Below are positions 54,338-64,000 of a stretch of 64,000 nucleotides of DNA, piece after piece. The stretch covers positions 4,032,001 to 4,096,000 of the forward strand of contig OZ254086.1 in assembly GCA_965267575.1 (NCBI GenBank), written 5' to 3'. The position numbers and the translations under genes are program-made. The notes beneath the pieces are model-generated. The model worked only from the letters and a program-made list of their open reading frames with translations. It had not been told where the DNA came from and searched no databases. Positions within the stretch are counted from its first letter, which is position 1. Every line of letters starts with the position of its first letter. Source of the DNA: Calditrichales bacterium. Its GTDB lineage: Bacteria; Calditrichota; Calditrichia; Calditrichales; J004.

Positions 54338-55759
54338 TTAATCCATGGCGAAGCCCGACAGTTGCGTGCAAATAGACATGGTCTGGTATAAGATTTCCTC
54401 CTGATTGCCTACTTCAGGTACATCAAAAAGCATTACAGCTACACCCAGAAAATCGGCAAAACCCGGCTCATATTCGATCGAATAGTCCGCGGAAAGCCAG
54501 TGCAAGGCAAAGTCTTCATCGGTTCCGGCATCGTAGGCCCAGGCAGTCATAAAACGCGTTTTCTCCCACCAACCCTCTTCTTCGAATTCCTTTTCTTCTT
54601 CCGGCGGTAGCTCGCTCTCCCAATCGGCCTGGCTCATCACGTAGTCATCAAACTCATACATCAGGCTTTGGGACTCTTCAAAGGAGCCTGTTTCACTTAT
54701 TTGCACCATCATCAGCAAACGCCCGTTGGCGGCTTCCGCCATAAACCTTTCTCCATCGGTTTTTAGGAGCACGCCCGTTGGCACGGCAATACTCGCCCCC
54801 GTGCTCACATCACTGTAAATATCCAGCACTTCGTTTTTAAAATCGTAATTAAACTCTTTGGAAAGGTCATCAATCATCAACCGCAAATCATCATCCAGGG
54901 CCAGATATATTTCCGAAAGGGGGATTGTATAAGTGCCATAGAAAGTATTTTTCTCAGTTCTGGCCATAGCCGGTTCTTCCGACGTGGCACTAAAATGAAA
55001 AGCTTCATCTTTTGGGGGTTTCAGCTTTTTCAGCGCTTCGGGCCCTTCCCCGCTGGTTTCCAGCTTTGGCAGGTAAAGCTGCGCAGGCACCGCCCAGTTT
55101 ACCCGCTCATAGCCGCGAAAACTGAGTCCGCCACTGCCTATACCGATAACCGCGTTAGTCGTGGGATCTACTATTGGCGCCCCGGAGTGGCCCGGCGTAA
55201 TACCGGAGCTGACTCGCAGTACCTTAAAGGTCGCCTCGGGAAAGCCGCGCTGGGTTACGCCGCTTAAAACATCATTGGGCAGGTAGTCTTTCATGGCCAC
55301 CATGTGCCTGGCGTTGGAAAAGCGCAGACCATCGCCCTGGGGCAGTTTCACACCGGCCGGAAAACCGTAAATAGTGTAGGTGCGGTCTTTCTGCGGTTCG
55401 GGCGGCGCCAGGCTCAGCGCCGGTTTGTCTTTGAGGTTAAAGCGGTTTTTATCTTTGGGTTGCAACAAAGCCAGGTCCGATTCGCGGTCGATTTTTACGA
55501 CATTCAGCTTTTTAATTGCCACGTCAAAATAGATATTGTCAGAGCCGATGACACTGTGCAGGGTGGTCACAATGTAACGCTCCCCTTTGGGGCTTTGCCA
55601 TACAAAACCGGTGGAAGCCGCTGTTTTGCCATCGCGTTCCGCGAATACTTTAACCACTGCGTCGGGGATGTCTTGGGCGACAAGCGGTGCCCATACTAAC
55701 GCGCACAGCAGAACAAGGCCGGTTATAAACGCTATTGCGTTTTGGTTTCGAGCTGACAT
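54338..55759 (-). CDS. Exported trypsin-like serine protease with acidic C-terminal domain
   Basis: Signal peptide, STGF, VTTLH, DLALL, GHSGAP triad motifs. Confidence 0.82.
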   Translation of the reverse strand: MSARNQNAIAFITGLVLLCALVWAPLVAQDIPDAVVKVFAERDGKTAASTGFVWQSPKGERYIVTTLHSVIGSDNIYFDVAIKKLNVVKIDRESDLALLQPKDKNRFNLKDKPALSLAPPEPQKDRTYTIYGFPAGVKLPQGDGLRFSNARHMVAMKDYLPNDVLSGVTQRGFPEATFKVLRVSSGITPGHSGAPIVDPTTNAVIGIGSGGLSFRGYERVNWAVPAQLYLPKLETSGEGPEALKKLKPPKDEAFHFSATSEEPAMARTEKNTFYGTYTIPLSEIYLALDDDLRLMIDDLSKEFNYDFKNEVLDIYSDVSTGASIAVPTGVLLKTDGERFMAEAANGRLLMMVQISETGSFEESQSLMYEFDDYVMSQADWESELPPEEEKEFEEEGWWEKTRFMTAWAYDAGTDEDFALHWLSADYSIEYEPGFADFLGVAVMLFDVPEVGNQEEILYQTMSICTQLSGFAMD

Positions 55760-56403
55760 ACAACCTCCTCTACAGCGCTTAAAATGGATTTTTGCGTCTC
55801 GGGATCTTTAATCTCTTTTATGCGGGCGGCAAGCTCTTTGAGCGTGGCGCCTGCCTCTTCGTAGGCGTAAAGAGTATACTCAACGTTATTATCGTTGGTG
55901 GAAAGCCTGATCTTATCACAGATGCCGCTGGTCTCATCGGAAAAGGAAGTAGAGAGGGTGCTGCGCTGGATTTCATTCATCTCCACGGCCTCCCAGTTGG
56001 GTTTTATGGCCATATTTTTGTAGACCACAAGCTGCCGTGCGTAAGCCGGTTCATAACCTGCATCAACCCAGTCGGCAATCTGGCTTTCAATGCTTTGACT
56101 AAGGGCGCCGTTGGCACGCAGAAATATTCCGGCCAAAATACCGCAGACGCAGAAAAAGCCAAAGCTGCCTGCACGCAAACCGGTAAGAATGCTTTTAGAG
56201 GCATCGATGGGAGATTTGTCGGATGGCTTACGTGAATCTTGCAAACCAAGAAAAGCGGCCAGCAATGCAGCAAGCGCGCCCAAAACAACTTTAACGGTGG
56301 GAGAAACGGATATGCCAACGATTATGCCAAGTAAAAGGCCCATACCGGCACCGGAGAATATCTGCGTGATAATAAAGCCACGCGAAAGACGGTTCTCTTC
56401 CAT
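55732..56403 (-). CDS. Hypothetical membrane protein (about 3 Gly-rich TM helices plus soluble C-terminal domain)
   Basis: Hydrophobic Gly-rich segments; GGGG RBS; 3' end overlaps the protease start. Confidence 0.7.
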   Translation of the reverse strand: MEENRLSRGFIITQIFSGAGMGLLLGIIVGISVSPTVKVVLGALAALLAAFLGLQDSRKPSDKSPIDASKSILTGLRAGSFGFFCVCGILAGIFLRANGALSQSIESQIADWVDAGYEPAYARQLVVYKNMAIKPNWEAVEMNEIQRSTLSTSFSDETSGICDKIRLSTNDNNVEYTLYAYEEAGATLKELAARIKEIKDPETQKSILSAVEEVVCQLETKTQ

Positions 56404-56485
56404 TACGGCCCCCTATGTGATTTGGAATGGCCGATTATAGATTAAAAACGCCCCAAATCAAAATTAAATTTACAAGTATGCTGCG

Positions 56486-58549
56486 CTAGCGTAACAGCAA
56501 GATCTTGCTGCTCAGACGTTGTGCTCCGGACTGAACGCTAACAAAATAGACGCCGGAAGGGAGGTTGTTCCCGGCGGCATCCAACGCATTCCACCGTATG
56601 CTGTGCTCTCCGACGCCGGCAAAGCCATCCCATAAACGGGCAACACGCTGACCGGCAATGTCAAAAATATCAATAGATACTGTCCCCGCCTTAAGCAACT
56701 CATACCTTAACGTGGTGGAAGGATTAAAGGGGTTGGGAAAGGCTCCCATTAACTTTAGCCTCCGTGGCGTGTTGCTACCCTTAAAATCGCCCTTAAGTCC
56801 TGTAGGAATTTTTCTTCCCGCGTTCAGAGCCTCTATGGCGCCGGACAAATAGACCAGCGGCGCATTCCAGTTAATGGCGATCTCATTGGAGGCATAGCTG
56901 CAATAGCTGTCTACGTAAGAACGTGCCGGTTCCTCTCCGATATAGCCGGAGCAGCCATCCTGCCGGCCGGGATTGGGACCGCCCGCCAGCAAACCGGGCA
57001 CGGGATCGGGAATGATGTCCGCTTCCGACTGGCGGTGGTGGACATGCAACGGCGGTTTATCGCCGAAACCCGTCACAAAGCAATAACCTGTTCCATTGCG
57101 GCCCAGCAGGTAATCCAAATTATCCATCGCCGCCTGCAGATAGCTGGAATCGCCCGTAACCAAAAAAGCCTGAACAAGCATAAAACCCTGATTAGCGGCT
57201 ACTGAATTGCTGCCCCAGACAAATTGATTCTCCGATCCGCCCATCGGCACGGCGTAGGCCGAGCTTTGCCCGTCACTTCTCAATGTGTTGGCCAGGTCCA
57301 GTATTTTTGAACGCACCGCGGACGTATCTACGCTGGACGCCAGCGCCCCACGGAAATGGTTCAAGGTCACAAGTCCAAGTGATTTGACATTGGGCCATGC
57401 GGGAACGCCCGCGGAACCGTCCAGCGGGTCATGAGCGGCCAGAAAGCTGTCGGCGCCCGTAGTTGCGCTTAATTCGGCAGCGGCCCAGGCAAATTCGTCG
57501 GTCACATTGCCGTCGCTATAAGCACCTGTATTTATGTCCGGATCGTATTGACTGTTAAGACTGTTTTGATCGTAGTAAACCGCCGGGTTTTTCCGCGCCC
57601 AATTCCACGCGCTCAACGAGGCTTTCAGGCAAGAGTCGGCAAAGCCGGGAAACGCGGTTTCAAATTCTGCAAAAACGCGCGCCGATTGCGCCATGACCGC
57701 GGCAAAATCGAGCGCGGCTCCCGTACTTTTTTGAACGATGTAACGTTTGGCTGTGGCCTCATGGGGCATAACCGTGCCGCTGAAATTGGCGTGGGTCAGC
57801 TTATGATAGACGCCGCCATCGTAGGGATCCTGCATCTTCAGCATCCAGCGCAGATTCCATAACGCCTCGTCAAGAACATCCGGAATATCATTTTCGCTTT
57901 CGGGGATGTTTGTCTTTAAAGCGGCATAATAGTGCGGGAAATGTTCGTAAGCAGCCAGGATGGTGTAGGTGGAAATGCCGGAATTGACAATATATTTGTT
58001 GAAGTCGCCGGCATCATACCAGCCCTTTGGCGCGGAAACAATCGTGCCCGCCGGCCTTTGCGTTGTTGCCGCGGAGGGATGTACCTCCACTTCCGTATCG
58101 GGGTGGCCGGCATTGCGAAACCAAAATCCCGCGTTATCAAAGGGCAGTGCCGTGGAGGCCCTTTGAAAGTAAAATCCTTTCAGGGCTCCCACCGCCAGGT
58201 CGTGGTGAACGGAATCAATGATCTCGAAGGTGTACGACGCCCCAAGTCCCGGTACGACCAATTTGTATGAACCTTCATTCTGCAGCGCGCTGAAATCAGC
58301 CAGCCGCACGTTTTCACCGGAAGGCGCCCAGGTCTGTTCCTGCTGCAGCGTTCCGCTGTATAGCGTATCGGTCTGAGTGGCGTCGGTTATAAAAAACGCA
58401 TCATCCGGACTACTAACAACAACCGCCCTTTTCTGGGCATGCGGATAAAAACCGATTTGATTCAGCCGGATGGCTGTTTCCTGCCCTAAAACCGTGTCTG
58501 CAAAAAAAGCCGCCAAAAGCGCGACGCTAAATAGTGTATGCCGTCTCAT
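56486..58549 (-). CDS. Glycoside hydrolase family 9 (endoglucanase) with T9SS/FlgD-like C-terminal domain
   Basis: NQIGF N-terminal Ig domain, GWYDAGD, HHR, NEIAINWNA, FPNPFNP. Confidence 0.93.
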   Translation of the reverse strand: MRRHTLFSVALLAAFFADTVLGQETAIRLNQIGFYPHAQKRAVVVSSPDDAFFITDATQTDTLYSGTLQQEQTWAPSGENVRLADFSALQNEGSYKLVVPGLGASYTFEIIDSVHHDLAVGALKGFYFQRASTALPFDNAGFWFRNAGHPDTEVEVHPSAATTQRPAGTIVSAPKGWYDAGDFNKYIVNSGISTYTILAAYEHFPHYYAALKTNIPESENDIPDVLDEALWNLRWMLKMQDPYDGGVYHKLTHANFSGTVMPHEATAKRYIVQKSTGAALDFAAVMAQSARVFAEFETAFPGFADSCLKASLSAWNWARKNPAVYYDQNSLNSQYDPDINTGAYSDGNVTDEFAWAAAELSATTGADSFLAAHDPLDGSAGVPAWPNVKSLGLVTLNHFRGALASSVDTSAVRSKILDLANTLRSDGQSSAYAVPMGGSENQFVWGSNSVAANQGFMLVQAFLVTGDSSYLQAAMDNLDYLLGRNGTGYCFVTGFGDKPPLHVHHRQSEADIIPDPVPGLLAGGPNPGRQDGCSGYIGEEPARSYVDSYCSYASNEIAINWNAPLVYLSGAIEALNAGRKIPTGLKGDFKGSNTPRRLKLMGAFPNPFNPSTTLRYELLKAGTVSIDIFDIAGQRVARLWDGFAGVGEHSIRWNALDAAGNNLPSGVYFVSVQSGAQRLSSKILLLR

Positions 58550-58774
58550 CTGGATACCTGCCCCCCCGGCTTATTATTTTGATTATAATTTTATCATTTT
58601 GATAACGGATCAGGCCGATTTTGGCCTTTTTGTCTCTAACCAAAGTACTATGGCAAGTAAAATGCCAAAACGAAATTGTATTGAGGAGTTGGAGAAGGAT
58701 ATTGACTCTTTTTTATTTTAGCGTACTTTTACGCAACATCTGCCTTTCTCACCAAAGATTTAACAGGGGGGATT

Positions 58775-59215
58775 ATGAGTTCCTTTGAAGAAATATTAAA
58801 TAAACTGAATAGCCAAACCGATCTGGGTTACGCCACTTTGCGTATCTATATCGGGATCGCTCTTTTTTCGCGTGCTGTTTTGATGCTGGCCGATCCTTCG
58901 GCCATTACCCGGCTGAGCGGTGCCCAGGATGTCTATTGGTGGTATGCTTATGTTATCGGCGGGCATATGGTGGGCGGCCTGTTGCTGGCGCTGGGTTTTC
59001 TCACACGTCTCGCCGCGCTGATACAGATTCCTATTCTGGTTGGAGCTGTTTTCTTTATCCACCTGCAACAGGGTTTAATGACCGTGGGACAATCACTGGA
59101 ACTTTCGGCCCTGGTTCTGGCCATTTTGCTGATATACTTCGTGTTTGGCAGCGGCAGTTTCTCGCTGGATGAAAACAATCGCCAAAAGAAAATGAGACTG
59201 TTGCATAGCCGCTAA
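58775..59215 (+). CDS. DoxX-family membrane protein
   Basis: LRIYIG, GGLLLALGFLTRLAA, GSGSFSLD. Confidence 0.85.
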   Translation: MSSFEEILNKLNSQTDLGYATLRIYIGIALFSRAVLMLADPSAITRLSGAQDVYWWYAYVIGGHMVGGLLLALGFLTRLAALIQIPILVGAVFFIHLQQGLMTVGQSLELSALVLAILLIYFVFGSGSFSLDENNRQKKMRLLHSR

Positions 59216-59234
59216 ATTTTAACAGGATAAACCG

Positions 59235-60128
59235 ATGAAAAGAAGATTGCTTTCACTGCTGATTGTAATATCCCTGCTTGTCCCCGCTTTTGCCTTCGAT
59301 GCCGGGGAAGATCAAAAAACTTACATCTTGCTGCGGCTGGATGATTTGGGTATGTGCCATTCTGTTAACCTGGCCATAGCCGAAGTGATTGAATCCGGCT
59401 TGCCGATTTCCACATCGGTGATGTTTGCCTGCCCCTGGTACCAGGAGGCGGTGGATATTTTGAAAAAGCATCCCGAAACGGGCGTGGGCATCCATCTTAT
59501 GCTAAACGCCGAGTGGAAAAATTACCGCTGGGGACCGGTGACGGGCCGCGAGGCGGTGCCCTCGCTTGTGGACAGCAACGGCTATTTTTTCCCATCACGT
59601 TCCAAACTGTTCGCCAACAATCCCAAAATGGATGAGATCGAAAAAGAATTGCGCGCCCAGATCGAACGTGCTGTCAATAGCGGCATCCGAATCGACTATA
59701 TCGATTACCACATGGGCGCGGCCGTGCAGACGCCGGAATTGCGCGAACTGGTTAAAAGCCTGGCACACGAATACGGGCTGGGGATGTCCGGCTATTTTGG
59801 CGAGACTTACTCCAACGTGACCTACCACGCCGGGCTTGGGGATAAGACAGACAGTCTCCTGGCCGTGGTGAGCCGCCTTAAACCGGGCCTTAACCTGCAG
59901 GTGGTACATGTGGGCCTGGACACCCCGGAGATGCAGGCGCTACTGGACCTGAACGCATTTGGCCTCAAGCAAATGAGCGTGCACCGCTACCAGGAATTGC
60001 AAAGCATCATGGATCCGGCTTTTCGCAGGCTGCTCGAAGAAAAAAATATCGTACCTATTACCTACAAACAGCTCATCGACATGGTGGGACTGGAAGGCAT
60101 GGATGAAGAGAAAGAAAACCCATATTAA
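59235..60128 (+). CDS. ChbG/YdjC-family carbohydrate deacetylase, exported
   Basis: DDLG..HSVN, GIHL, ELRAQI, DYHM; signal peptide. Confidence 0.87.
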   Translation: MKRRLLSLLIVISLLVPAFAFDAGEDQKTYILLRLDDLGMCHSVNLAIAEVIESGLPISTSVMFACPWYQEAVDILKKHPETGVGIHLMLNAEWKNYRWGPVTGREAVPSLVDSNGYFFPSRSKLFANNPKMDEIEKELRAQIERAVNSGIRIDYIDYHMGAAVQTPELRELVKSLAHEYGLGMSGYFGETYSNVTYHAGLGDKTDSLLAVVSRLKPGLNLQVVHVGLDTPEMQALLDLNAFGLKQMSVHRYQELQSIMDPAFRRLLEEKNIVPITYKQLIDMVGLEGMDEEKENPY

Positions 60129-60142
60129 TAAAGCGGGAGCAT

Positions 60143-60568
60143 ATGGCGGAGCTTAAAACAAAGCCCAACAGGGGCGACGTTAAAAAATTCCTGAACGGTG
60201 TTGATGACGAAAAGCGGCGTGAGGATAGTTTTGAAGTGCTGCGATTGATGCGGGATATCACCGGGGAAGAACCTAAAATGTGGGGCGGCAGCATTGTCGG
60301 TTTTGGCAGCTATCATTACAAATACGAAAGTGGGCGCGAGGGCGATTGGTTTGTGACCGGTTTTTCGCCACGCAAAACAGCGCTTACCTTATACATCATG
60401 GCCGGTTTTAGTCGCTTTGATGAATTGATGGCTAAGTTGGGCACATACAAAACCGGCAAATCGTGCCTGTATATCAAAAAACTTGAAGATGTGGACCGCG
60501 ATGTGCTGCGTGAGCTTATTACGGAATCAGTGGATTATATGAAACGGGCCTATCCGCCAAAAAAGTAG
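60143..60568 (+). CDS. DUF1801 (YdhG-like) protein
   Basis: PKMWG.SIVGFG.YHY.Y.SGREGDW, GFSPRK, GKSCLYIK. Confidence 0.88.
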   Translation: MAELKTKPNRGDVKKFLNGVDDEKRREDSFEVLRLMRDITGEEPKMWGGSIVGFGSYHYKYESGREGDWFVTGFSPRKTALTLYIMAGFSRFDELMAKLGTYKTGKSCLYIKKLEDVDRDVLRELITESVDYMKRAYPPKK

Positions 60569-60588
60569 CGGGATCGTGGCAAACGGGC

Positions 60589-60796
60589 CGTCCCGATGGG
60601 ACTGCCTGCGGTGGTGGAGTATCGTTTTGCTATGACGGGGCGGCCCGTGGGCCTGGGCTTTTAGGCGGTTGCCGTTAGACTGACAAAATGCAATTCCAAA
60701 CCTGGTCTGCAAAACGTCTTTTAAACGAGCATCGGAGATGCGACATGTCATAGCAAACTGAATGCCCCAAACTATGCTCAAGCAGCGTCGCTGCGA
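60589..60796. repeat. Repeat family B (REPIN-like) element
   Basis: gtcccgatgggac; tttgctatgac..ggcccgtgggcc; gcatcggagatgc..gtcatagcaaa; gcagcgtcgctgc. Confidence 0.82.
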
Positions 60797-60848
60797 CCCG
60801 ATTTAGGCTTTAATATGGATAGACTATCTTTTATTGAGGCACCTAATA

Positions 60849-61742
60849 ATGATTCGACTTTTTTATTTATCATCTCTTTTTATCATGCTTGCCGCAGCTT
60901 CGCTAAAAGCGCAACTTACCGGTACCGTGGATTTTGAATATGCCGGTGTTTCCTTCACGATACCCTCCGGCTGGCAAGGCCAGGAAACTGAAGGCGGTGT
61001 TCTGCTGGGTTCCAACACGGAAGCGGGCTTTATCCTGCTGATGCAGCACCAGGCCAGTTCCATTGATCAACTGAAACAGGAAGCGGACCAGGGTCTTTAT
61101 GATGAAGATGTTGCCCTGACCCGCAGCGGGGAGTATGAAACGATCGGACCGGCTGGCATCGGCGCCGAATTTAGCGGCACTATCCAATATGAGCGGGCAA
61201 AGGCTTACGTCATCGGACTGATAAATCCGCATGGAGCCGGCCTTACCATTCTGTCGGCCACATCGGCGCAGCAATACGGTCCGCGCTACCGCGAACTGGC
61301 CCTGAGCGTCGCCAAAAGCGTGCGTTTTTATCAGCCCAAACAATCGGAAGCGGCCAACGACTGGAAAAGCCTGCTGGCCGATACCCGGCTCACCTACATG
61401 AACACGTACAACAGTAGCAGTTACGATTCCTACGGCGGCTACAGCGATAAAGAAGAGATTGACCTGTGCTCGCAGGGTTATTTTAAATTTAACAGCAGCT
61501 CCACGATGAGCTTTGATGTGCCGGGCGGCTTCGGCTATTCCGGTGACAAAGGTCAGGGTGCGGGCACATGGGAAGTGACATCGGACGCGGCCGGCAACCC
61601 GGTGCTAAAGCTCACCTTTCACAACGGCCAGGTTAAGGAATACACATTGGAAATGCGCGATGGCAAAACTTTTCTAAACGGTTATCGTTATTTCCGTGTG
61701 GGCGTGGGGGATCCGTATGGCAACGGACCGGCATGTCCTTAG
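60849..61742 (+). CDS. Hypothetical secreted protein
   Basis: Signal peptide, long ORF with coding-like composition; family not recognised. Confidence 0.7.
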   Translation: MIRLFYLSSLFIMLAAASLKAQLTGTVDFEYAGVSFTIPSGWQGQETEGGVLLGSNTEAGFILLMQHQASSIDQLKQEADQGLYDEDVALTRSGEYETIGPAGIGAEFSGTIQYERAKAYVIGLINPHGAGLTILSATSAQQYGPRYRELALSVAKSVRFYQPKQSEAANDWKSLLADTRLTYMNTYNSSSYDSYGGYSDKEEIDLCSQGYFKFNSSSTMSFDVPGGFGYSGDKGQGAGTWEVTSDAAGNPVLKLTFHNGQVKEYTLEMRDGKTFLNGYRYFRVGVGDPYGNGPACP

Positions 61743-61869
61743 CCCTGTCCCGTTTTTAGCTGAATGCATAAATTCAAGATTTCATAGATTCAATAATTCA
61801 GCAATCCACTCTAAACCTTTTTGCCTCCAGCACTGTCATATATAAAAACCGCAAAAAATTGGAGGCATC

Positions 61870-63357
61870 ATGTTTCGCTTCAATCGTAACTTGGCCCTAT
61901 TGTATCTTTTTCCGCTTCTGCTCCCCGCCCTGCTCTTCGGCGCAGAAAAGTTTGAAACTTTCGTCGAAAAGTCTTTTCACGACCTGGACATGTCGCCGGG
62001 GATGGCCGTTGCCGTGGTGAGCGGTGAGGAAACAATCTACCTGCGCAGCTTTGGCTACGCTGATGTGGAGAAAAAAAGGCCGGTGACCAATGAAACCATG
62101 TTTTACATCGCCTCCAGCACAAAATCTTTTACCGCCTTTACCGCTGCTCTGCTGGCGCAGCAGGGACGTTTTGACCTGGATGCATCAGTAATCCGTTACC
62201 TGCCCGACCTGAAATTGCACCCGGAGCTGAACCACGATTCGATCACCATCCGCGATCTGTTGACCCATACCCACGGCATCGGCAATATGGGGCCGGTGGT
62301 TTTTCGCACGGCCTTTAGCGGCGACTTTAGCAATCAACTGCTTTTGGAATTGATGGGCTACCACCCGCCGGCAAAATCGGGACGCGCCTACAATTACGGC
62401 AACATCGGCTACAACCTGGCCGGGCTGGCGATGGAAGCGGCCACGGGTACATCGTGGAAAAAGCTGCAACAGGAGTTGCTGTTTGACCCGCTGGATATGG
62501 AACACACCTCTGCCTGGATGTCGCGTGTAAACCCGGATTTGCTGGCCCTGCCTTATGCCACGGATACCGCCGGATTCAGCGCGGCCTATTTTGCTAAAGG
62601 CGATGAAAACATGCATGCCGCGGGAGGCCACGTCAGCAGTGCCGCCGATTTGGCCCGCTGGTTACGTTTGCATATCAACGAAGGGTTTATTGACGGGAAG
62701 CGCGTTTTTCCGGCTGAAGTGGTACGTGCCACGCACCGGCAAAATGCCAAACAGGACCGCATGTTCAGCGAATTTCACCGTTTTGGCTGGGGCCTGGGCT
62801 GGGACCTGGGAACGTATGAGAGCGATACATTGATCCACCGTTTTGGCAGCTTTAGCGGATTTCGTTCACACATGAGTTTTATGCCGCAGCACAAGCTGGG
62901 TGTCGTCGTGCTGTGTAATAACGACTACCTGGGCTCTTACCTGGCCGATTTTATTGCCATGTATATTTATGACAGCCTGTTGGAAAAAGAGGGGCTGGAA
63001 GAGAAATACGCGGCGAAATTGCAGGACTTAAAGGAGACGAAGGAGAAGGTGCAGCAAAAGCTGGTAGAGGAACTAACAAAGCGCGCCGCGCGTCCGCAGC
63101 AACTGCCCCACCCGCTTGAAGCCTACACAGGCACCTTCGCAAACGACGTGATTGGCGAGATGCAGTGGGTTCTTAAAAATGGCAAGCTGGAAGTAACCAT
63201 GGGCAAAATGTGGAGTCCGGTTGAAGTGTATGATGCCGGCGAAAACCAGTTGCGGGTGGAGCTGATGGGTGGCGGCCAGGTGATCGCGTTTCAATTTGAG
63301 AATGGCACGGCCAGCGGATTGAAATATTTGGGTTTTGATTTCAAAAGAATGGATTAA
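61870..63357 (+). CDS. Serine hydrolase (class C beta-lactamase-like) with DUF3471-like C-terminus
   Basis: IASSTK (SxxK), LLTHTHG, YGN, AAGG..S, AYTGTF. Confidence 0.88.
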   Translation: MFRFNRNLALLYLFPLLLPALLFGAEKFETFVEKSFHDLDMSPGMAVAVVSGEETIYLRSFGYADVEKKRPVTNETMFYIASSTKSFTAFTAALLAQQGRFDLDASVIRYLPDLKLHPELNHDSITIRDLLTHTHGIGNMGPVVFRTAFSGDFSNQLLLELMGYHPPAKSGRAYNYGNIGYNLAGLAMEAATGTSWKKLQQELLFDPLDMEHTSAWMSRVNPDLLALPYATDTAGFSAAYFAKGDENMHAAGGHVSSAADLARWLRLHINEGFIDGKRVFPAEVVRATHRQNAKQDRMFSEFHRFGWGLGWDLGTYESDTLIHRFGSFSGFRSHMSFMPQHKLGVVVLCNNDYLGSYLADFIAMYIYDSLLEKEGLEEKYAAKLQDLKETKEKVQQKLVEELTKRAARPQQLPHPLEAYTGTFANDVIGEMQWVLKNGKLEVTMGKMWSPVEVYDAGENQLRVELMGGGQVIAFQFENGTASGLKYLGFDFKRMD

Positions 63358-63390
63358 GGCGATTAAATCGTTGGTACATACCCACAGTTG

Positions 63391-63598
63391 CGTCCCGATG
63401 GGACTGCCACGGCGGTGGTTGGGTATCGTTTTGCTATGACGGGGCGGCCCGCTGGGCCTGGGTTATTGGTTCGCAACTTTGGATAGACAAATCCGCAGAT
63501 ATCCAAAATACCAATTACGCCCAAAAACAAGCATCGCCAGATACGATATGTCATAGCACGTAGCCATACCAGACCCCTCCGCAAGCATCATAGATGTG
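63391..63598. repeat. Repeat family B element, tandem copy 1
   Basis: cgtcccgatgggact..ttttgctatgacgg..ggcc; agcatcg..atatgtcatagca..agcatcatagatg. Confidence 0.85.
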
Positions 63599-63649
63599 TC
63601 CTTACAATACGCGCAAAACCGACACGGCATCACCTTGCGCCCGTAGGCC

Positions 63650-63865
63650 CGTCCCGATGGGACTACGCCGGGGTAGCGGTGTCATGTTTTGCTATGACGG
63701 TACGGCCCGTTTGGCCTGTACCAATGTCAGATACGACGATATAACGGGATTGGACTCATGCAAAACATTAAATCTGGATTTATCCCAAAAACAAGCATCG
63801 CTAGATGCGATATGTCATAGCATGTAGCCATCACCAGACCCCTCCGCAAGCATCATAGATGCGTC
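63650..63865. repeat. Repeat family B element, tandem copy 2
   Basis: Same four palindromes; right arm nearly identical to that of copy 1. Confidence 0.85.
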
Positions 63866-64000
63866 CCAAGTCCTACGACAACAAAACCCATTTCACCGGT
63901 ACAGGCGCTTTGAGACGATGCCCGGGAAAACCCACCTACCCTTTTTATGCGCCTACTGTTTCATGTATTCTAAAAAATTGACTATTTTATGGCTACTTTA

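Noticed and set aside
60527..60781. Small ORFs over family B elements (also 63363-63584, 63594-63827 and 34204-34395)
   Set aside because: They coincide with palindromic repeats, lack an RBS, and their frames are not conserved between copies
63391..63865. Tandem repeats with variable interiors as a possible CRISPR array
   Set aside because: The units are about 210 bp with internal inverted arms, there are only two in tandem, there is no 25-45 bp repeat/spacer periodicity, and no cas genes are present
1..64000. tRNA, rRNA, riboswitch, T-box before ileS, or transposase
   Set aside because: None was recognisable by eye. The ileS upstream gap is only about 50 nt. A covariance-model scan would be needed to exclude small RNAs.

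Overview
This is a 64 kb bacterial chromosomal segment from a diderm of the FCB group. The gene content (T9SS-type C-terminal domains, a PorV-like barrel, type 2 IleRS, yggS-divIVA-ileS-dksA-lspA order) suggests Calditrichota or a relative, which is an inference. Most of it is housekeeping: miaA-mutL, kdsA-kdsC-kdsD-lptC-lptA-lptB, rsmE, a pyrC-pyrEF-pyrB-pyrI operon, fbaB, Fpg/Nei, rfbB, ileS-dksA-lspA-rluD and dnaG-murB. The notable parts are: (i) three adjacent intact but apparently catalytically dead proteins (a Cys-free ArsC/LMW-PTP fold, a hybrid kinase without its phospho-His, and a HicB-HicA fusion), plus a second signalling protein that has the His but no ATPase domain; (ii) a TonB receptor / 1205-aa surface protein / PorV-like barrel operon with a divergent paralog; (iii) a probable leader-peptide attenuator before the pyr operon, which carries a eukaryote-type UMP synthase fusion; (iv) a 1.4 kb patch of decayed toxin-antitoxin genes interleaved with two families of palindromic repeats, one of which recurs near the right end; (v) a peptidase-propeller-Omp85 operon with a BamB-like partner. 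I recognised no rRNA, tRNA, CRISPR array or transposase. All family calls come from reading motifs by eye; no searches were run.
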